Assembly: GCA_049509875.1 (NCBI GenBank)
Contig: JBEKZM010000002.1
Span: forward strand, 115,727 to 179,726
Length of the DNA stretch: 64,000 nucleotides
Direction: 5' to 3'
Origin: Verrucomicrobiota bacterium
GTDB taxonomy: Bacteria > Verrucomicrobiota > Verrucomicrobiia > Limisphaerales > UBA11358
In this document: positions 37,639 to 47,892 of the stretch, one piece after another
How the letters are laid out: each line of letters begins with the position of its first letter
Numbering within the stretch: position 1 is the first letter of the stretch
Position numbers and translations under genes: made by a program
The notes under the pieces: model-generated
The model's database searches: none
What the model saw: the letters and a program-made list of their open reading frames with translations, nothing else
Told to the model about the DNA's origin: nothing

Positions 37639-37673
37639 AAAACCCACGGCTGGCAACGGTCGTGGGTTTTCTG
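37639..37673 (+). terminator. Attenuator terminator upstream of ilvB
   Basis: AAAACCCACGGCTG-GCAA-CGGTCGTGGGTTTTCTG. Confidence 0.75.
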
Positions 37674-37708
37674 TTACCCTGGCCTCGCCGCCACAAATAA
37701 TTGATCAC

Positions 37709-39598
37709 ATGAGCAAAACAACTGAGTCTGCCACCGCCAAATCACAACCCGCCTCCCCCCGGGCCGAAGTCGGGCCGGCCATGTTCGGCCGCGACATCTT
37801 TGTCGAGGCGCTCGAGCGCGAAGGCGTTGAGGTCATCTTTGCCTATCCCGGCGGCGCGAGCATGGAGATCCACCAGTCGCTCACGAAGTCCAAGATTCGC
37901 ACCATCCTGCCCCGCCATGAGCAGGGCGGATCCTTTGCCGCCGAGGGCTACGCCCGCGTGACCGGCAAGGCTGGCGTGTGCATGGGCACCAGCGGCCCCG
38001 GCGCCACCAACCTCGTCACCGCCATCGCGGACGCCTACATGGATTCCTGCCCGCTCATCGCCATCACCGGCCAGGTCACCCAGGCCATGATTGGCCGCGG
38101 CGCCTTCCAGGAAACCGACATCATCGGCGTCACCCTGCCGATCGTCAAACACAGCTACCTTATTACCGACATCAACGACATTCCGCGGGTGGTCAAGGCA
38201 GCCTTCTACATCGCGCAATCCGGGCGCCCCGGGCCGGTGGTGATTGATTTCCCCAAGAACATCCAGCAGCAGAAAGCCCAGCCGGTCTGGCCCACGTTTG
38301 AAGAGGTCAAGAAAGGACTGCGCGGCTATACCCAGCCGGACTTGAAGGCCGACGACATCGCATTGAATGAAATCATCGGCCTCCTTGAAAAGGCCGAACG
38401 CCCCGTGCTTTATGTCGGCGGGGGCATCATCAGCAGCGGCGCGGCGGCCGAACTCAAGAAATTCGCCGAGGCCACCAACATTCCGGTCACCACCACGCTG
38501 ATGGGCATCGGCGCCTTCCCTGAAACGCATCCCCTCTCCCTGCGCTGGCTCGGCATGCACGGGGCGGCGTTCGCGAACTGGGCGGTCAACGGCGAATACG
38601 AATACCGCAAAGATTTCAATGCCCCGATGGTGAAAATCAAGGACGGCGCCGATCTGCTCCTCGCCTTCGGCGTGCGCTTCGACGACCGCGTGACCGGCAA
38701 ATTCGATGAATTCTGCAAGCATGGCACGATCGTTCACATCGACATTGACGCCTCGGAACTCAACAAGAACCGCAAGGCGAACCTGCCTGTGGTCGGCGAC
38801 ATCAAGAATGCGTTGACTCGCTTGAACAAGCTGATCGCGGCCCGCCCGCTGGCCAAACCGCACACGGCCTGGCTGGCGCAGATCGAGGAATGGAAAAAGA
38901 AAGGCCCGTTCGCCTATCGCATCACTCCGGAAATTGCCAACAGCGACCACATGGTGGACCACATGCAGGGCAACGAAAATGAAGTCATCCTCCAGCAGAT
39001 GGTTGTGGAGGCGCTCTATGATCTTACGAAGGGCGACGCCTACATCACCACCGGGGTGGGCCAGCACCAAATGTGGGCCGGCCAATGGTATAAATACAAG
39101 TTCCCGCGCCAGTTCGTGACCAGCGGCGGCCTCGGCTCAATGGGCTACGGCTATCCCGCCGCGCTCGGCGTGAAGGTGGCGCATCCCGACAAGCAGGTGA
39201 TCGACATCGACGGCGACGGTTCCTTCCTCATGAACATTCAGGAGCTGGCCACGGCGCATGTGGAAAAAATCGCCGCCAAAGCCATCATTCTCAACAACCA
39301 GCACCTCGGCATGGTGGTGCAATGGGAGGACAAGTTCTATCATGGCAATCGCGGCCACACCTATCTCGGCGATCCCAAGGAGCGCGCTTCGATCTATCCC
39401 GATTACGTTGCCGTCTGCAATTCCTTCGGCGTGAAATGCGAACGGGTCATGTTCAAGCGCGACCTGCGCGCGGCCATCCAGCGCATGCTCGACGCCGACG
39501 AACCCTATGTGCTCGACGTGATCACCCCCTATACCACGCACGTCATCCCGTTCATCCCCGCCAGCAAAACGGTGGCGGACATGATCTGGAAACCGTAA
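37709..39598 (+). CDS. ilvB: Acetolactate synthase large subunit
   Basis: [42 protein letters not shown] motif. Confidence 0.96.
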   Translation: MSKTTESATAKSQPASPRAEVGPAMFGRDIFVEALEREGVEVIFAYPGGASMEIHQSLTKSKIRTILPRHEQGGSFAAEGYARVTGKAGVCMGTSGPGATNLVTAIADAYMDSCPLIAITGQVTQAMIGRGAFQETDIIGVTLPIVKHSYLITDINDIPRVVKAAFYIAQSGRPGPVVIDFPKNIQQQKAQPVWPTFEEVKKGLRGYTQPDLKADDIALNEIIGLLEKAERPVLYVGGGIISSGAAAELKKFAEATNIPVTTTLMGIGAFPETHPLSLRWLGMHGAAFANWAVNGEYEYRKDFNAPMVKIKDGADLLLAFGVRFDDRVTGKFDEFCKHGTIVHIDIDASELNKNRKANLPVVGDIKNALTRLNKLIAARPLAKPHTAWLAQIEEWKKKGPFAYRITPEIANSDHMVDHMQGNENEVILQQMVVEALYDLTKGDAYITTGVGQHQMWAGQWYKYKFPRQFVTSGGLGSMGYGYPAALGVKVAHPDKQVIDIDGDGSFLMNIQELATAHVEKIAAKAIILNNQHLGMVVQWEDKFYHGNRGHTYLGDPKERASIYPDYVAVCNSFGVKCERVMFKRDLRAAIQRMLDADEPYVLDVITPYTTHVIPFIPASKTVADMIWKP

Positions 39599-39695
39599 GC
39601 GCGGGTCGGAAAATTCGATGGGTATGAAGGGGCTGACAACGCGGAGGACCGGGTCGGCGGCGTAACGGTGCCCAAGCCGGCCAACCCAGTGGCCG

Positions 39696-41942
39696 TCAGG
39701 ATCCGCCCAAGTTCTTGCCATCGGCAGCGCGGATCTTCCCCGCCCGGGCAACCGGGTGCACAGTTATCCGAGACGACGATGATTCCAAGGGCGCGGCTTG
39801 GATCAGTTGAACGTAATCGGCCAGGATATTCTCGGCCTCGCTCAGCTCAACATCGTCAACCGGGCCGGCCTCCGTGACCCGGGCCCCATCCGCAATCGTT
39901 GCCAGAGTGATCGCATAGCTCTCCCGCAGGCGGACGGATTCGGCCTGGTGGGCAAGGCGCAACGCGCACTGAAGACGGTCGGCGGCTGCGTTTTCCCGCC
40001 GGCGTATCGCTTCGTTTAAAGAGAGGGGTTTGCCGCTCTCCGCCGCCAAGGCCGCCAGTTCGCCACGCACCAACTGAAACCATGGATCGATGGCCACCCG
40101 CGCACCCGATTGGCCGCGCAAAGCAGCCAACACGGGACGCACCAGGTCAAGGTTCCGATAAGCTGCAGGCGGCACCGAATCCCACGGCAGGGCGTTTTCC
40201 AACTGCGCCTCGCCACGGCCAGGAAGGTCGGTTTCCGACGGCAGGACAATATCGGGAATAATGCCTTTTAATTGCGCGGACGACCCGCTGGGCCGGTACA
40301 ACCCGGCCATCGTCACCTTCACCGTGCCGAAACCCGGGCCAGGGAGCAACGGGTTCAACGGCACGAGCGTTTGGACGGTTCCCTTGCCAAAGGTTGTGGA
40401 ATCGCCCACGATCACAGCCCGCCCATAATCCTGCAGCGCTCCGGCCACGGCTTCCGACGAGGAGGCGCTGCCGCGGCTGGTCAAAACCACGAGCGGCCCG
40501 CTGTAAAGCGCATTGGTTCCGGGCGAATACTCAACGGCCACCCGCCCCATGGAATCGCGCGTCTGTAACACCGGTCCCGCTGGAGTGAACAGGCCGGCAA
40601 CTTTGACGGCTTCCTCCAACGAACCGCCGGGGTTGCGCCGCAAATCCAGAACCAGGCCCATGACGCCCTCTTGTTTGAGCCTTTGGATCAAGCGGGCCAC
40701 ATCCGCCGAGGCCCCGCCGGCCAGCGTATCGCTGTGTTCGTAAAACAGCGGCAAGCTGATCACCCCCACCCGGTAGATGGCGCCCCCGTCCCGGGCCAGA
40801 TCAACGACGGAGGCCCGGGCACACTCATCGGTGAGACTTACGTCGTCCCGCACCAGCGACACGGTTTCGCTGGCGGCATTGCCCTGCCCCACCGGAATGA
40901 CGGTCAGTCGCACCGTGGAACCGTGCGGACCGCGGATCAAACTCACCACTTTCCACGCGGGCAGGTCGGTCACCTCCTCCGGTTCGCCATCACCCTGCGC
41001 CACGGCCAAAATTCGGTCGCCCGGATGGAGCCGCCCGCTGCGGGCGGCGGGTCCACCCGACTCCACTTCACCCACCACCCAATAGCCGCCCCTGGCCTCC
41101 AGCGAACCACCTATCCCCGCCAGGGAGAGATTCAGCTCGCGGCTGAACTCCTCTGCTTCGTCGTGGCTGAAGTATTCCGAGTGCGGGTCAAAAGCCTGGG
41201 CGAACGCATCGAGGTAAGTCTCAAGCACCTCGTCGAAGCCCAAGTGCTGTACGATCTGCAGCCGCCGTTCATAACGCCGGGCGAGCCGCGGCGCGATTTC
41301 TGAGGGCGGCACACCGGCGAGTTTCTCCTGCAAAAAGTCGGCCCGCACCTCTTCCTGCCAGAGGGCCTGGGCGGCCTCAAGGTCGCGCGGGCGCGGCAAA
41401 TCGCGGCGGTCCGGCTGCCACGAATCGAATCCGGTAAAATCGAACCGGGGGGTTTGCAGGAAATTGGTCTCGAAATTCACCTCCGCGGCCAAACGCTCGA
41501 GGTAGCGCGCAAAAATCAAGTGGGCCGGCCACGTTTCACCTTCGCCGGCGGCCAACTGCGCCAGGTTCGGACGAAACCAGCCAAACTCGTCCACGTCAGA
41601 TTGGAAAAACGCGAGCTGCCGGGAATCCAGCGCCTCCAGGTAACCGTCCAGAAACCGGCTCGAAAGCGAGCTGTCGAGCGGCTGATGCGAGATTTGCGCC
41701 CCCCCCAGCACATCGGCGGTCGCGCAGGCGATGCTGGCCTCGGTCGGCGCCTCGTAAACGGGCTCAAAGGCCAAACCGTTCCCGCCCAGGCCCGCCACCA
41801 CCGCCACCACGCCGGAAAGTGCGCCCCAGCGCCGTTGACCGCGCCGGCGGCCCGCGATGAGCCGATCACGAAAAATATGAAAACCACGAAAGACGGTCAA
41901 TACTGCCATATCAACGGTCCCCCTGCTCCCCCGCCGAATCAC
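39696..41942 (-). CDS. Carboxy-terminal processing protease (S41A, Prc/Tsp-like) with PDZ
   Basis: DPHSEY, LDLRRNPGGSL, SASSSE, TFGKGTVQ; start uncertain. Confidence 0.88.
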   Translation of the reverse strand: MIRRGSRGTVDMAVLTVFRGFHIFRDRLIAGRRRGQRRWGALSGVVAVVAGLGGNGLAFEPVYEAPTEASIACATADVLGGAQISHQPLDSSLSSRFLDGYLEALDSRQLAFFQSDVDEFGWFRPNLAQLAAGEGETWPAHLIFARYLERLAAEVNFETNFLQTPRFDFTGFDSWQPDRRDLPRPRDLEAAQALWQEEVRADFLQEKLAGVPPSEIAPRLARRYERRLQIVQHLGFDEVLETYLDAFAQAFDPHSEYFSHDEAEEFSRELNLSLAGIGGSLEARGGYWVVGEVESGGPAARSGRLHPGDRILAVAQGDGEPEEVTDLPAWKVVSLIRGPHGSTVRLTVIPVGQGNAASETVSLVRDDVSLTDECARASVVDLARDGGAIYRVGVISLPLFYEHSDTLAGGASADVARLIQRLKQEGVMGLVLDLRRNPGGSLEEAVKVAGLFTPAGPVLQTRDSMGRVAVEYSPGTNALYSGPLVVLTSRGSASSSEAVAGALQDYGRAVIVGDSTTFGKGTVQTLVPLNPLLPGPGFGTVKVTMAGLYRPSGSSAQLKGIIPDIVLPSETDLPGRGEAQLENALPWDSVPPAAYRNLDLVRPVLAALRGQSGARVAIDPWFQLVRGELAALAAESGKPLSLNEAIRRRENAAADRLQCALRLAHQAESVRLRESYAITLATIADGARVTEAGPVDDVELSEAENILADYVQLIQAAPLESSSSRITVHPVARAGKIRAADGKNLGGS

Positions 41943-42033
41943 TTATGCTTTGCTTTTTCATCTCACCCGTATTCTACCATGGAATGATTAAAGCCGCCTG
42001 AATCGTTGATGAAAACGTCCGATGGGATTTCCA

Positions 42034-42061
42034 TTGCGGCAGCGGGGGTTTTTGCTATGCT
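42034..42061 (+). promoter_or_regulatory. Promoter TTGCGG-16-TATGCT (extended -10)
   Basis: Upstream of the small basic protein gene. Confidence 0.6.
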
Positions 42062-42095
42062 GTATGCCCATTTTAACAAAAGATTAAGAGAATTT

Positions 42096-42251
42096 ATGTC
42101 ACAACATCGCAGCCTCCGCGCGACGTCCACCTTGGGCGGCAAGCGCAATGTTCTCAAGCGATTTGAGCGCACCGAACTACTCAAGAAGCGCGGCCAGTGG
42201 AAGGAAGGCGACCGGATCACCGGTCTGCGCAAGACCAAACCGGAAGCGTGA
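42096..42251 (+). CDS. Small basic protein, PVC superphylum signature protein
   Basis: MSQHRSLR.....KRNVLKRFER..LLKKRGQW....GLRKTK pattern. Confidence 0.88.
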   Translation: MSQHRSLRATSTLGGKRNVLKRFERTELLKKRGQWKEGDRITGLRKTKPEA

Positions 42252-42342
42252 CCGGATGACGATTTGCGGTTTACGATTTGCGATTGGGCTTTCCGAAGCG
42301 GCCTTTTGATCGTAAATCGGCGATCGACCATCGCAGATCCTT

Positions 42343-43053
42343 GTGGTTCGTCTGCAGAAATTTCTAGCCGACGCCGGCGTGGTTTCCCGCCGGGGCGGCG
42401 AGCAGTACATTTTGGATGGGCGGGTGTCGGTCAACGGCCAGACCGTGCGGCTGCTGGGCAGCCGGGTGGATCCGGACCACGACCGGGTGGCGGTGGACGG
42501 GCAGGCCGTCCGGGCCAAAAAGCTGGTTTACGTGGCGGTCAACAAGCCGGCGGGGTGCGTCTGTTCCCGCCACGACGAACTGGACCGGCCGACGATCTAC
42601 GAATTGATTCCGCGCGAGTGGGAGACGGTGCAGACGGTGGGGCGACTGGACTACAACAGCGAGGGATTGATTTTTCTGACGAATGATGGACAATTCGCCT
42701 TGCGCCTGACCCACCCGCGTTATGGCGTCCGCAAAAAGTACCTGGCCACGGTTGAAGGCGAGGTGACGGCGGGAATGCTCCAGTTGTTCAAACGGGGCAT
42801 TTACCACGAAGGTGAACGGCTGCACGCCCTCGCCGCGAAGATCATTTCGGGCACCCGCGACAAGTCCGTCGTGGAATTGGAACTGGGCGAAGGCAGGAAC
42901 CGCGAGGTACGGCGGCTCTTTGAATCGCAGGCGCTCACGGTGAAGAAATTGCAGCGGATCCAGATCGGCCGCATCCGGCTCGGCGAATTGAAACCGGGCA
43001 AATGGCGGACGTTGAACGCGGTGGAAATAAAAACTTTGATTTCAGATTTATGA
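42343..43053 (+). CDS. rRNA pseudouridine synthase (RsuA/RluB family)
   Basis: RLQKFLA S4 domain, NKPAG, VGRLDYNSEGL, EGRNREVRR. Confidence 0.93.
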   Translation: MVRLQKFLADAGVVSRRGGEQYILDGRVSVNGQTVRLLGSRVDPDHDRVAVDGQAVRAKKLVYVAVNKPAGCVCSRHDELDRPTIYELIPREWETVQTVGRLDYNSEGLIFLTNDGQFALRLTHPRYGVRKKYLATVEGEVTAGMLQLFKRGIYHEGERLHALAAKIISGTRDKSVVELELGEGRNREVRRLFESQALTVKKLQRIQIGRIRLGELKPGKWRTLNAVEIKTLISDL

Positions 43054-44333
43054 AAACGAACTGCTGGTTGATTTTAGGAACCATGCTCGCCACGAGCGCC
43101 GTGGCACAGGTCAACACGAATAAATTGCCGGAAATTCCCCCGCCGGCCACGGCGGCGTCCGCTCCCGCCACGCCCGCCCCAGTCGTCGCACCGACCAGCA
43201 CCGCGACCAACGCGGTGGCCAAAAAGCACGCCAAGGCCAAGAAAAAAGCCCTGAAGAAAAAATTGGTGGCACAAGCCGGCGAGAAGAAAGTCACTGAACT
43301 GCCCACCGGCCCCGTGATCCTCGTGCCCGGTCCCGCCACCGTGGCCGCGGACAATGTGAATCTGCGCGGCCAGGCCGGCCTGCAAGGTGAAGTCGTGGGA
43401 CACGTGAAAAAAGGTGACACCGTCAGCGTCCTGGCCGAGATCAATTTGGACAAGCCCAAGGCCGGCGAACCCGCGCAATGGGCCAAGATCGCCCTGCCGT
43501 CGGGCACCAAGGTCTGGGTCGATTCCCTATATGTGGACAAGACCAACAACGTGGTGGCCGCCAAAAAACTGAATTTGCGCGGAGGCCCCGGCGAGAATTT
43601 CAGCGTGCTGGGCGTGATTGAAAAAGGCGCCAGCGTCACCTCGGTCAACACCAAGGGAAATTGGCTGCAGATTGAAACGCCGGCCAGCGCCTTCGCGTTC
43701 GTGGCCGCCCATTACCTGAAGCAGGAAGCGGGCATGGAGACCAACGTCACGGCCACGACCATCGCGGCCAACGTGGAAAATGTCCCGCCGCCCGCGCCGG
43801 CGACCATGACGCCGGCGCCGACACCAACGCCCACCACGGTGGCGGAAGCCCCGACCATTGCCCCGCCGGCGACCACGCCGCCGCCCGCGCCGGAGACGAC
43901 CCCGGCACCCAATCCGGCGCCCGTTACTCCGGCGCCCGCCCCGGAAACGGCTGCCACCAGCCCGACCGCGACGCCGGCTCCGGCAACGCCGGAGACGACC
44001 AATCCCACGCCCACGCCGGACGAGACGGACACCAATTTGCCGCCGCCGCCGCCGCGCATTGTGACGCACGAAGGCATGGTCCGGCATTCGGTGAGCCCGG
44101 TGGCCCCGACTTATTTTGAGCTGTATGATCCGGCCAACGACAAGGCCATCGACTATCTCTACACGAGCACCACGAACTTGAATCTCAGAATCTACGACGG
44201 CCGGCACATCACGGTCACGGGCCCGGAAGCCATGGATGTTCGCTGGAAGGACACACCCGTGATCACGATCCAGAAAATCTATGTGCTGCCCGCGGACAAG
44301 CCCGCCCTGAAGCCGGTCAAGTCATCCAAGTGA
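43050..44333 (+). CDS. Secreted SH3b-domain protein with Pro/Thr-rich linker
   Basis: Signal peptide, VNLRG/LNLRGGPG SH3 repeats, long PAPT linker. Confidence 0.8.
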   Translation: MKTNCWLILGTMLATSAVAQVNTNKLPEIPPPATAASAPATPAPVVAPTSTATNAVAKKHAKAKKKALKKKLVAQAGEKKVTELPTGPVILVPGPATVAADNVNLRGQAGLQGEVVGHVKKGDTVSVLAEINLDKPKAGEPAQWAKIALPSGTKVWVDSLYVDKTNNVVAAKKLNLRGGPGENFSVLGVIEKGASVTSVNTKGNWLQIETPASAFAFVAAHYLKQEAGMETNVTATTIAANVENVPPPAPATMTPAPTPTPTTVAEAPTIAPPATTPPPAPETTPAPNPAPVTPAPAPETAATSPTATPAPATPETTNPTPTPDETDTNLPPPPPRIVTHEGMVRHSVSPVAPTYFELYDPANDKAIDYLYTSTTNLNLRIYDGRHITVTGPEAMDVRWKDTPVITIQKIYVLPADKPALKPVKSSK

Positions 44334-44353
44334 GATTGGCGGGTATCTTTGCC

Positions 44354-45238
44354 GTGAACAACCTCATTGACGGGCGCGCCATCGCCGCACAGATCCAACG
44401 GGAGCTGGCGGTGCGCGTGGCCGATCTGAAGGCCCGGGGAGTCGTTCCCGGACTGGCATTTGTGCGCGTGGGCCAGGACCCCGCCTCCAAAGTGTATGTC
44501 GGGCGCAAAGAAAAGGCCTGCGCGGAACTGGGCATTGTTTCCGAAACCCACGTGCTGCCGGAAAAAGCGTCCGAGGCGGAACTGCTCGACTGGCTCAAGA
44601 CGCTGAATTCAAAACCGCACGTGCATGGCATTCTCGTGCAGGCTCCATTGCCAAAACAAATCCGCGAATCGGTCGTCTATTCCAGCGTGCTGCCGGAAAA
44701 AGACGTGGACGGTTTCCACCCAGTCAACGTCGGCAAGCTGATGTTGGGCGATCCCACAGGCTTTCGTCCCTGCACGCCAGCCGGCGTGATGGAATTGCTG
44801 TCACGCGCCGGCGTCAAAACCGAGGGAGCGGAAGTGGTGATTCTGGGCCGCGGCAACATCGTCGGCAAGCCGATGGCCGCCATGCTGTGCCAGAAAGGCA
44901 AGTCGGCCAATGGCACGGTCACGATTTGCCACTCGGCCACGCGCGACATTGCGGCGCACTGCCGGCGCGCGGATATCATTGTGGCCGCGATGGGCGTGGC
45001 GGAATTTTTAAAAGCCGACATGGTCAAGCCGGGCGTGGTGGTGATGGACGTAGGCGTCAACCGCATACCCGACGCCGGTTCCAAAACGGGAACCAAGCTG
45101 GTGGGCGATGTGGACTTTAAAAACGTCCAGCCCATCGCCGGCAAGATCACGCCCAATCCAGGCGGCGTGGGCCCCATGACCATCGCCATGCTCATGCAGA
45201 ACACGGTAAGCGCGGCGGCCGCCACGCTGGGAGGTTGA
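44354..45238 (+). CDS. folD: Bifunctional methylenetetrahydrofolate dehydrogenase/cyclohydrolase
   Basis: KDVDGFHP, PCTPAG, IVGKP, PGGVGPMT; GTG start. Confidence 0.97.
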   Translation: MNNLIDGRAIAAQIQRELAVRVADLKARGVVPGLAFVRVGQDPASKVYVGRKEKACAELGIVSETHVLPEKASEAELLDWLKTLNSKPHVHGILVQAPLPKQIRESVVYSSVLPEKDVDGFHPVNVGKLMLGDPTGFRPCTPAGVMELLSRAGVKTEGAEVVILGRGNIVGKPMAAMLCQKGKSANGTVTICHSATRDIAAHCRRADIIVAAMGVAEFLKADMVKPGVVVMDVGVNRIPDAGSKTGTKLVGDVDFKNVQPIAGKITPNPGGVGPMTIAMLMQNTVSAAAATLGG

Positions 45239-45374
45239 AAAATGAAATCGCAAATCATGGAGCGGGATTTCAAGCAGGCATTTCCGGACACACGAATCAT
45301 CCACCTCAAATTCATAATGCAATCGCATCCAGCTTTAACCGTCTAACTCTTTAACGCCTCAACCAATTCAATCA

Positions 45375-45833
45375 ATGAACCCCATGCAAGCCACCCGCAT
45401 CCTTCCCGACTTACAATGCTCGCTCATTTGCGAAGAAGTTCGCCAGGAAATCAACGGCAACCTCTTTCTCATCGGTGTCCTCCAGCTGCTCCGCGTGCCG
45501 CAGTTGCCGGTCACCGCCGGCCGCCTGTGCATCTTTAACCGCTGGACGGCCGGTATCGGCCAGTTTACGGAATCAGTCCGGCTCATCGCGCCGGACCAGA
45601 CGACGGTGGTCACCAAAGGCGAATCAAAATTCGAGCTGCGCGATCCCGCCATGAGCGCGACCACCGTCATGTTCTTTGGCAACGTCAAATTTGAAGCCGC
45701 CGGCACCTATTTCCTGGAGATCAACGTGGACGACGTGATGAAGATGCGTTTTCCCCTGCCCGTGGTCGTGGTGCCGCCGCCGAACCAGGCGGCGCCTGGC
45801 CAACCGGCGCCCAGCGCGGCTGGCCAGCCGTAA
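45375..45833 (+). CDS. Conserved hypothetical protein (DUF6941-like)
   Basis: LICEEVRQE.NG...LIGV, F...GTYFLEI pattern; followed by a terminator. Confidence 0.7.
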   Translation: MNPMQATRILPDLQCSLICEEVRQEINGNLFLIGVLQLLRVPQLPVTAGRLCIFNRWTAGIGQFTESVRLIAPDQTTVVTKGESKFELRDPAMSATTVMFFGNVKFEAAGTYFLEINVDDVMKMRFPLPVVVVPPPNQAAPGQPAPSAAGQP

Positions 45834-45854
45834 ACGGTTGAACAATGGTCCCCT

Positions 45855-45881
45855 GCCGGAGCCGAAAGGCTCCGGCTTTTT
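45855..45881 (+). terminator. Intrinsic terminator
   Basis: GCCGGAGCC-GAAA-GGCTCCGGC-TTTTT. Confidence 0.9.
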
Positions 45882-46155
45882 CATTTTTGCCAAGTGCGGT
45901 TCGACCCAGGGCGAAAAAACGCGAATTCGCCGACGAGATCCGAAATGAGAGCATGAAGTGGATTCGTCCATCATGGGGTGATCACCTTATATACAGATGG
46001 GGAGGATTGCGTAAGAATCACGTTAAATTGGATTGGCAGGCCGCCGCCGAGAAGCAAGGCTTCATAAAAAACTGCGCAACCACAACCGGCCAATATGAAG
46101 CGAACATTTAGCAGTCTTTTTATCTCGCCCGCGCCAACGAAATATTGATTTTAAA

Positions 46156-47888
46156 CCTAAAAACGTGAGTTGGGAAACGGCTTGACCTCCAATTCCGGCG
46201 ATGCTCCACCGCTTGGGAACGTCGGGGAACCCATTCTTGGACTCTGTGCGCCCCCCCGCCCCCCGGCTCACCCACTTGGGATGGCTAAGGCGGCGGCGGG
46301 CGTCAGCAGCGGTGCCAAAATCCGGTCCCAAATCCGCTCCCAACACTGCCTTGGACTCAACTGCTCCGCAGTATTACGCAGCCCGCTCAAAAACAAACTC
46401 AGGCCGGTCAAGGTTTGCTGCACTTCTCCCGCCGCCGCATGTACGCTGGTCAACTGCAATTTTAATTGGTTGCCCGATTCGGTCAGCCGACCGATGCCGC
46501 ACAACAACCGCGGCCGGCTGGTGATCGCCTCGCGCGGCCGTTGCGGCTCCGCACAGCGGACAAACAAACTCCACCAGTTATAGGCCAACGCCACGTTGCG
46601 GACGGCGACCTGGCAGCGATGCAGGTCCTTGGTCATGAAGCCGCCCCAGCCCCATTGGTTCTTCAGCTCGTCATAGGCATTCTCCACGTCGGCGCGCTGC
46701 AAATACAGATCGGTCAACCCCACCAGATCATTTTTCAAGTTCGTCACCAGCACGATGTGTTCATACTCCGGTGCCGCCGCCACCACTTCTGTCCACGGCA
46801 GGGACGGGGCCGCCATTTCCGCCAGGAGCGCCACCGGCGCGCTGGCCGGAGTTTTTAACCGCCGCAACACCACCACCCGCCGTGACCGACTCCAGCCTTG
46901 CAGCCGCAGTTCGCCTTCGGCCCCCTCCCAACCCCGGCTGGTTTTTACCCAGCGTGTCGTCAGCGTGCTCAGCAACTGCTGGATCAACTGCTGGACTTTG
47001 CGCGTCTGCCGTTGGCGAAACAGGAAATTCTGCCGGCGCACTTCGCATTCGGTCATCAACCGCTCCTGACCGTAACCGGCGTCGCCACACATCAGCCACG
47101 GACGCCACTCCGGACGCCAGCGGTCCCACAGCGCCCAGAGGCGGGAGCGGCTATGTTTGGCAGCGTGTTGTTTGCCCGGCAGCACTTCCGCGTCCAATAC
47201 CAAGCGCAGCTTGCGGATAAACCAAGTGTGCAACGCATGGGAAGGGCGGCCAGGTTTATGCGGATTATAGCTCAGGTCGGCACCTTCCTGATGCCCATAG
47301 ATGGGTTTAACGGTCATGTCCATGTCCAAAATCCAGGGCTCCTTGAGCAAGGGCTCCCACGTCTGGGTCAGGGCTTGCTGTTGCCACTGGGCACAGACCT
47401 CCGGATCGGTCTGCTGGAAGGCCCGGCGCACGCTGTCCTCCGAACACACCTCGGTCATCCCGAGCCCGACGGGATTGACCTTGTCGCAGCGCAGCGCCGT
47501 GATGTGGGAATAACGAAAGTGACCCGCCAGCGCGCTCAGGAGGATGGTGCCCAAAACATCCTGCTTGGCGGGGGCGTTGGGGCTGGTGTAGGCCAAAGGA
47601 CAATTTCGCACCCAATCGGCAAACACCCCGCCGGCGGCCAGAAACTGCGCGAAGTATACCAGTTGGCCCATGGGCGTAACCGCCGCGGCCGGATCCCATT
47701 CCACTCGCACCCGACGACCCAGCGTATCAATGATCCTAACCGAATCCCCCTCGACGGCGACCGCCACCGTGGCGGCTTTTTGCTCCTCACCCGCAGAGTG
47801 AGTCATTCCTAAACCGTTTTTAGCTTCCATCCCCAATATCCACGCCACTTTCCCTCAAATCGCAAGCTCATTAATTCACGTTTTTAGG
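46156..47888 (-). mobile_element. IS1380-family insertion sequence, 1733 bp
   Basis: Perfect 13-bp IRs CCTAAAAACGTGA/TCACGTTTTTAGG; 5-bp duplication TTAAA at 46151-46155 and 47889-47893. Confidence 0.9.
46268..47806 (-). CDS. IS1380-family DDE transposase
   Basis: LDMDMTV..YGHQEG...YNP, GDAGYG, YLQRADVENAYDELK; uninterrupted ORF. Confidence 0.9.
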   Translation of the reverse strand: MTHSAGEEQKAATVAVAVEGDSVRIIDTLGRRVRVEWDPAAAVTPMGQLVYFAQFLAAGGVFADWVRNCPLAYTSPNAPAKQDVLGTILLSALAGHFRYSHITALRCDKVNPVGLGMTEVCSEDSVRRAFQQTDPEVCAQWQQQALTQTWEPLLKEPWILDMDMTVKPIYGHQEGADLSYNPHKPGRPSHALHTWFIRKLRLVLDAEVLPGKQHAAKHSRSRLWALWDRWRPEWRPWLMCGDAGYGQERLMTECEVRRQNFLFRQRQTRKVQQLIQQLLSTLTTRWVKTSRGWEGAEGELRLQGWSRSRRVVVLRRLKTPASAPVALLAEMAAPSLPWTEVVAAAPEYEHIVLVTNLKNDLVGLTDLYLQRADVENAYDELKNQWGWGGFMTKDLHRCQVAVRNVALAYNWWSLFVRCAEPQRPREAITSRPRLLCGIGRLTESGNQLKLQLTSVHAAAGEVQQTLTGLSLFLSGLRNTAEQLSPRQCWERIWDRILAPLLTPAAALAIPSG

Positions 47889-47892
47889 TTAA

